This document shows, in pieces, positions 30,940-32,000 of a DNA stretch of 32,000 bases; the stretch's first letter is position 1, and the number at the start of each line of letters is the position of its first letter. The position numbers and the translations under genes are program-made. The notes under the pieces were generated by a model. It saw only the letters and a program-made list of their open reading frames with translations, had not been told where the DNA came from and did not search any database. The stretch is from Pontiellaceae bacterium (lineage in GTDB: Bacteria > Verrucomicrobiota > Kiritimatiellia > Kiritimatiellales > Tichowtungiaceae): contig JBIIYG010000017.1 of NCBI GenBank assembly GCA_044346945.1, positions 483 through 32,482 on the forward strand, given 5' to 3'.

Positions 30940-32000
30940 AGCACAGATTTTTAATTGCCGCTCTTATGCTGGCGCACAGTTCGGGCGCGATCGAATTCGT
31001 CCAGCGCGACCGGTTCATCAGCGGCGGCGCGGAGACTCTGCGGGATGAAATGTGGATTTCCGCGCAGGAAATCACCATCAGCGGCGAAGCGCAGGATGAT
31101 CTGTTTACCGCAGGCGGCGTCCTTGATTTACGCGGACGGTTTCAAGGCGATGTCTGGGCGGTCGGCAGTGCTCAGGTGATCGCGGCGGGCAGTTTCAGCG
31201 ATCATCTCCGGCTGGCCGCGCGCACCGCGCAGATTTCCGGATTACTGAACGGTTCACTGACCGCGATGGGAAACACCGTCCGAATCGAACCGTCCGCCGT
31301 TATCGGAAAAAACATGTTCTGCGCCGGTGACAATGTAATCAGCGAAGGTGCCGTCGGCGGAAACACCCGAATCGCCGCCAAGAAGGCGACACTCGGAGGA
31401 AAGACGACCGGTAACGTGTCCATTGCGGCGCAGGAAATCGTAATTCTTCCCGGAACGGCGATCGGCGGCAACCTGAGCTATACCGCGCCGAAGGAACTCA
31501 TACTCGCCCCTTCCGTCACGCTGGGCGGAAAACTGATCCGCACCTTCGACGCGCCTCCGCCGAAGCAGTTTCTAAAAGAAAACCTGACCGCCCACTTCAC
31601 TTTTGCTTTCGCCGCGCTGTTGACCGGAATGGTATTCATCTCAATTTTCCCGGGTTATACCGCCGGAGCAATCCATCTGCTCCGCGCATCCCGCAGTCAG
31701 TGTCTGCTTGCCGGACTGGCGGCTCTGTTTCTCATTCCGCTGTGCGCGTTTCTACTGCTCTTTACACTCATCGGACTGCCGCTGTGCCTCCTGCTGATTT
31801 TATTTTACGTGATTCTGCTCTACCTCAGCAAAATCGTCGTCGGACTCTGGCTTGGAGCGCTGATTCTTCGCCGTAAGGAAATCGCCAAACGCAACCGGGT
31901 CGGCACGATGGCCGCCGGCCTGCTGATTCTTTACAGTCTCACCGCCTTCAGCGCCCTTTCATTTTTCATCACGGTTCTGACTGCAATCGCCGGACTCGGC
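30936..32000 (+). CDS. Bactofilin-like beta-helical repeat protein with a signal peptide and C-terminal TM helices. The 3' end runs off the window.
   Basis: Manual translation from TTG 30936 (TTGA overlap with the nfeD stop, GAGGGAG RBS) is open to the window end. It shows repetitive G-x-V/I turns (ISGEAQDDLFTAGGVLDLRGRFQGDVWAVGS...GGNTRIAAKKATLGGKTTGNVSIAA...) and then at least 3 TM helices. It is absent from the ORF track because it is truncated. Confidence 0.6.
   Translation, partial: MKHRFLIAALMLAHSSGAIEFVQRDRFISGGAETLRDEMWISAQEITISGEAQDDLFTAGGVLDLRGRFQGDVWAVGSAQVIAAGSFSDHLRLAARTAQISGLLNGSLTAMGNTVRIEPSAVIGKNMFCAGDNVISEGAVGGNTRIAAKKATLGGKTTGNVSIAAQEIVILPGTAIGGNLSYTAPKELILAPSVTLGGKLIRTFDAPPPKQFLKENLTAHFTFAFAALLTGMVFISIFPGYTAGAIHLLRASRSQCLLAGLAALFLIPLCAFLLLFTLIGLPLCLLLILFYVILLYLSKIVVGLWLGALILRRKEIAKRNRVGTMAAGLLILYSLTAFSALSFFITVLTAIAGLG

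Noticed and set aside
1-32000. Searched for CRISPR arrays, tRNA/rRNA genes, transposase or integrase genes and long direct repeats flanking the ars-hgc block or the AT-rich islet.
   Set aside because: I found no regularly spaced repeat-spacer pattern, no cloverleaf-compatible intergenic segment and no recombinase-like ORF on visual reading. The intergenic regions are short, and the only repeats found are those reported above. A tRNAscan, Infernal and repeat-finder run would be needed to confirm this.

Overview
The window looks like a chromosomal segment of a Gram-negative, probably anaerobic bacterium, with roughly 58-60% GC by eye. LptF/G, a lipoprotein PstS and a porin support the Gram-negative call. 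GGAT-core intergenic repeats and hgcAB would fit a PVC-type lineage, but taxonomy cannot be settled from this sequence. Gene order: a 3'-truncated porin gene, missing from the ORF track, sits divergent from a complete pstS-pstC-pstA-pstB-pstB-phoU operon. Then come rpsB-tsf, a minus-strand mvaD-mutM pair, and nth. Next is a tightly packed 11-gene, plus-strand operon headed by arsR: AhpD-like CxxC protein, 2x[4Fe-4S] ferredoxin, PF03773/ArsP-type permease, two thioredoxin-fold proteins, CcdA, arsC and acr3, ending in hgcA-hgcB, the mercury-methylation corrinoid protein and its ferredoxin. This ars/thiol-relay/hgcAB operon is the main finding. Downstream are lptF/G-folD, yggU, and an AT-rich ~1.45 kb islet carrying a decayed methyltransferase/specificity-subunit-like gene. 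These are followed by a LOG plus metallophosphoesterase pair, argC, an envelope-polysaccharide cluster (O-antigen-ligase-like, GT4, ExeA/GspB-like), a small secreted Cys/Lys/Ala repeat protein, a GT39-like glycosyltransferase with a TM1266-like ACT protein, nfeD, and a truncated bactofilin-like membrane protein. A second notable observation is that the two PstB paralogues carry complementary motif degeneration, which predicts one dead and one live ATP site. No rRNA, tRNA, CRISPR array or intact transposase was recognised.
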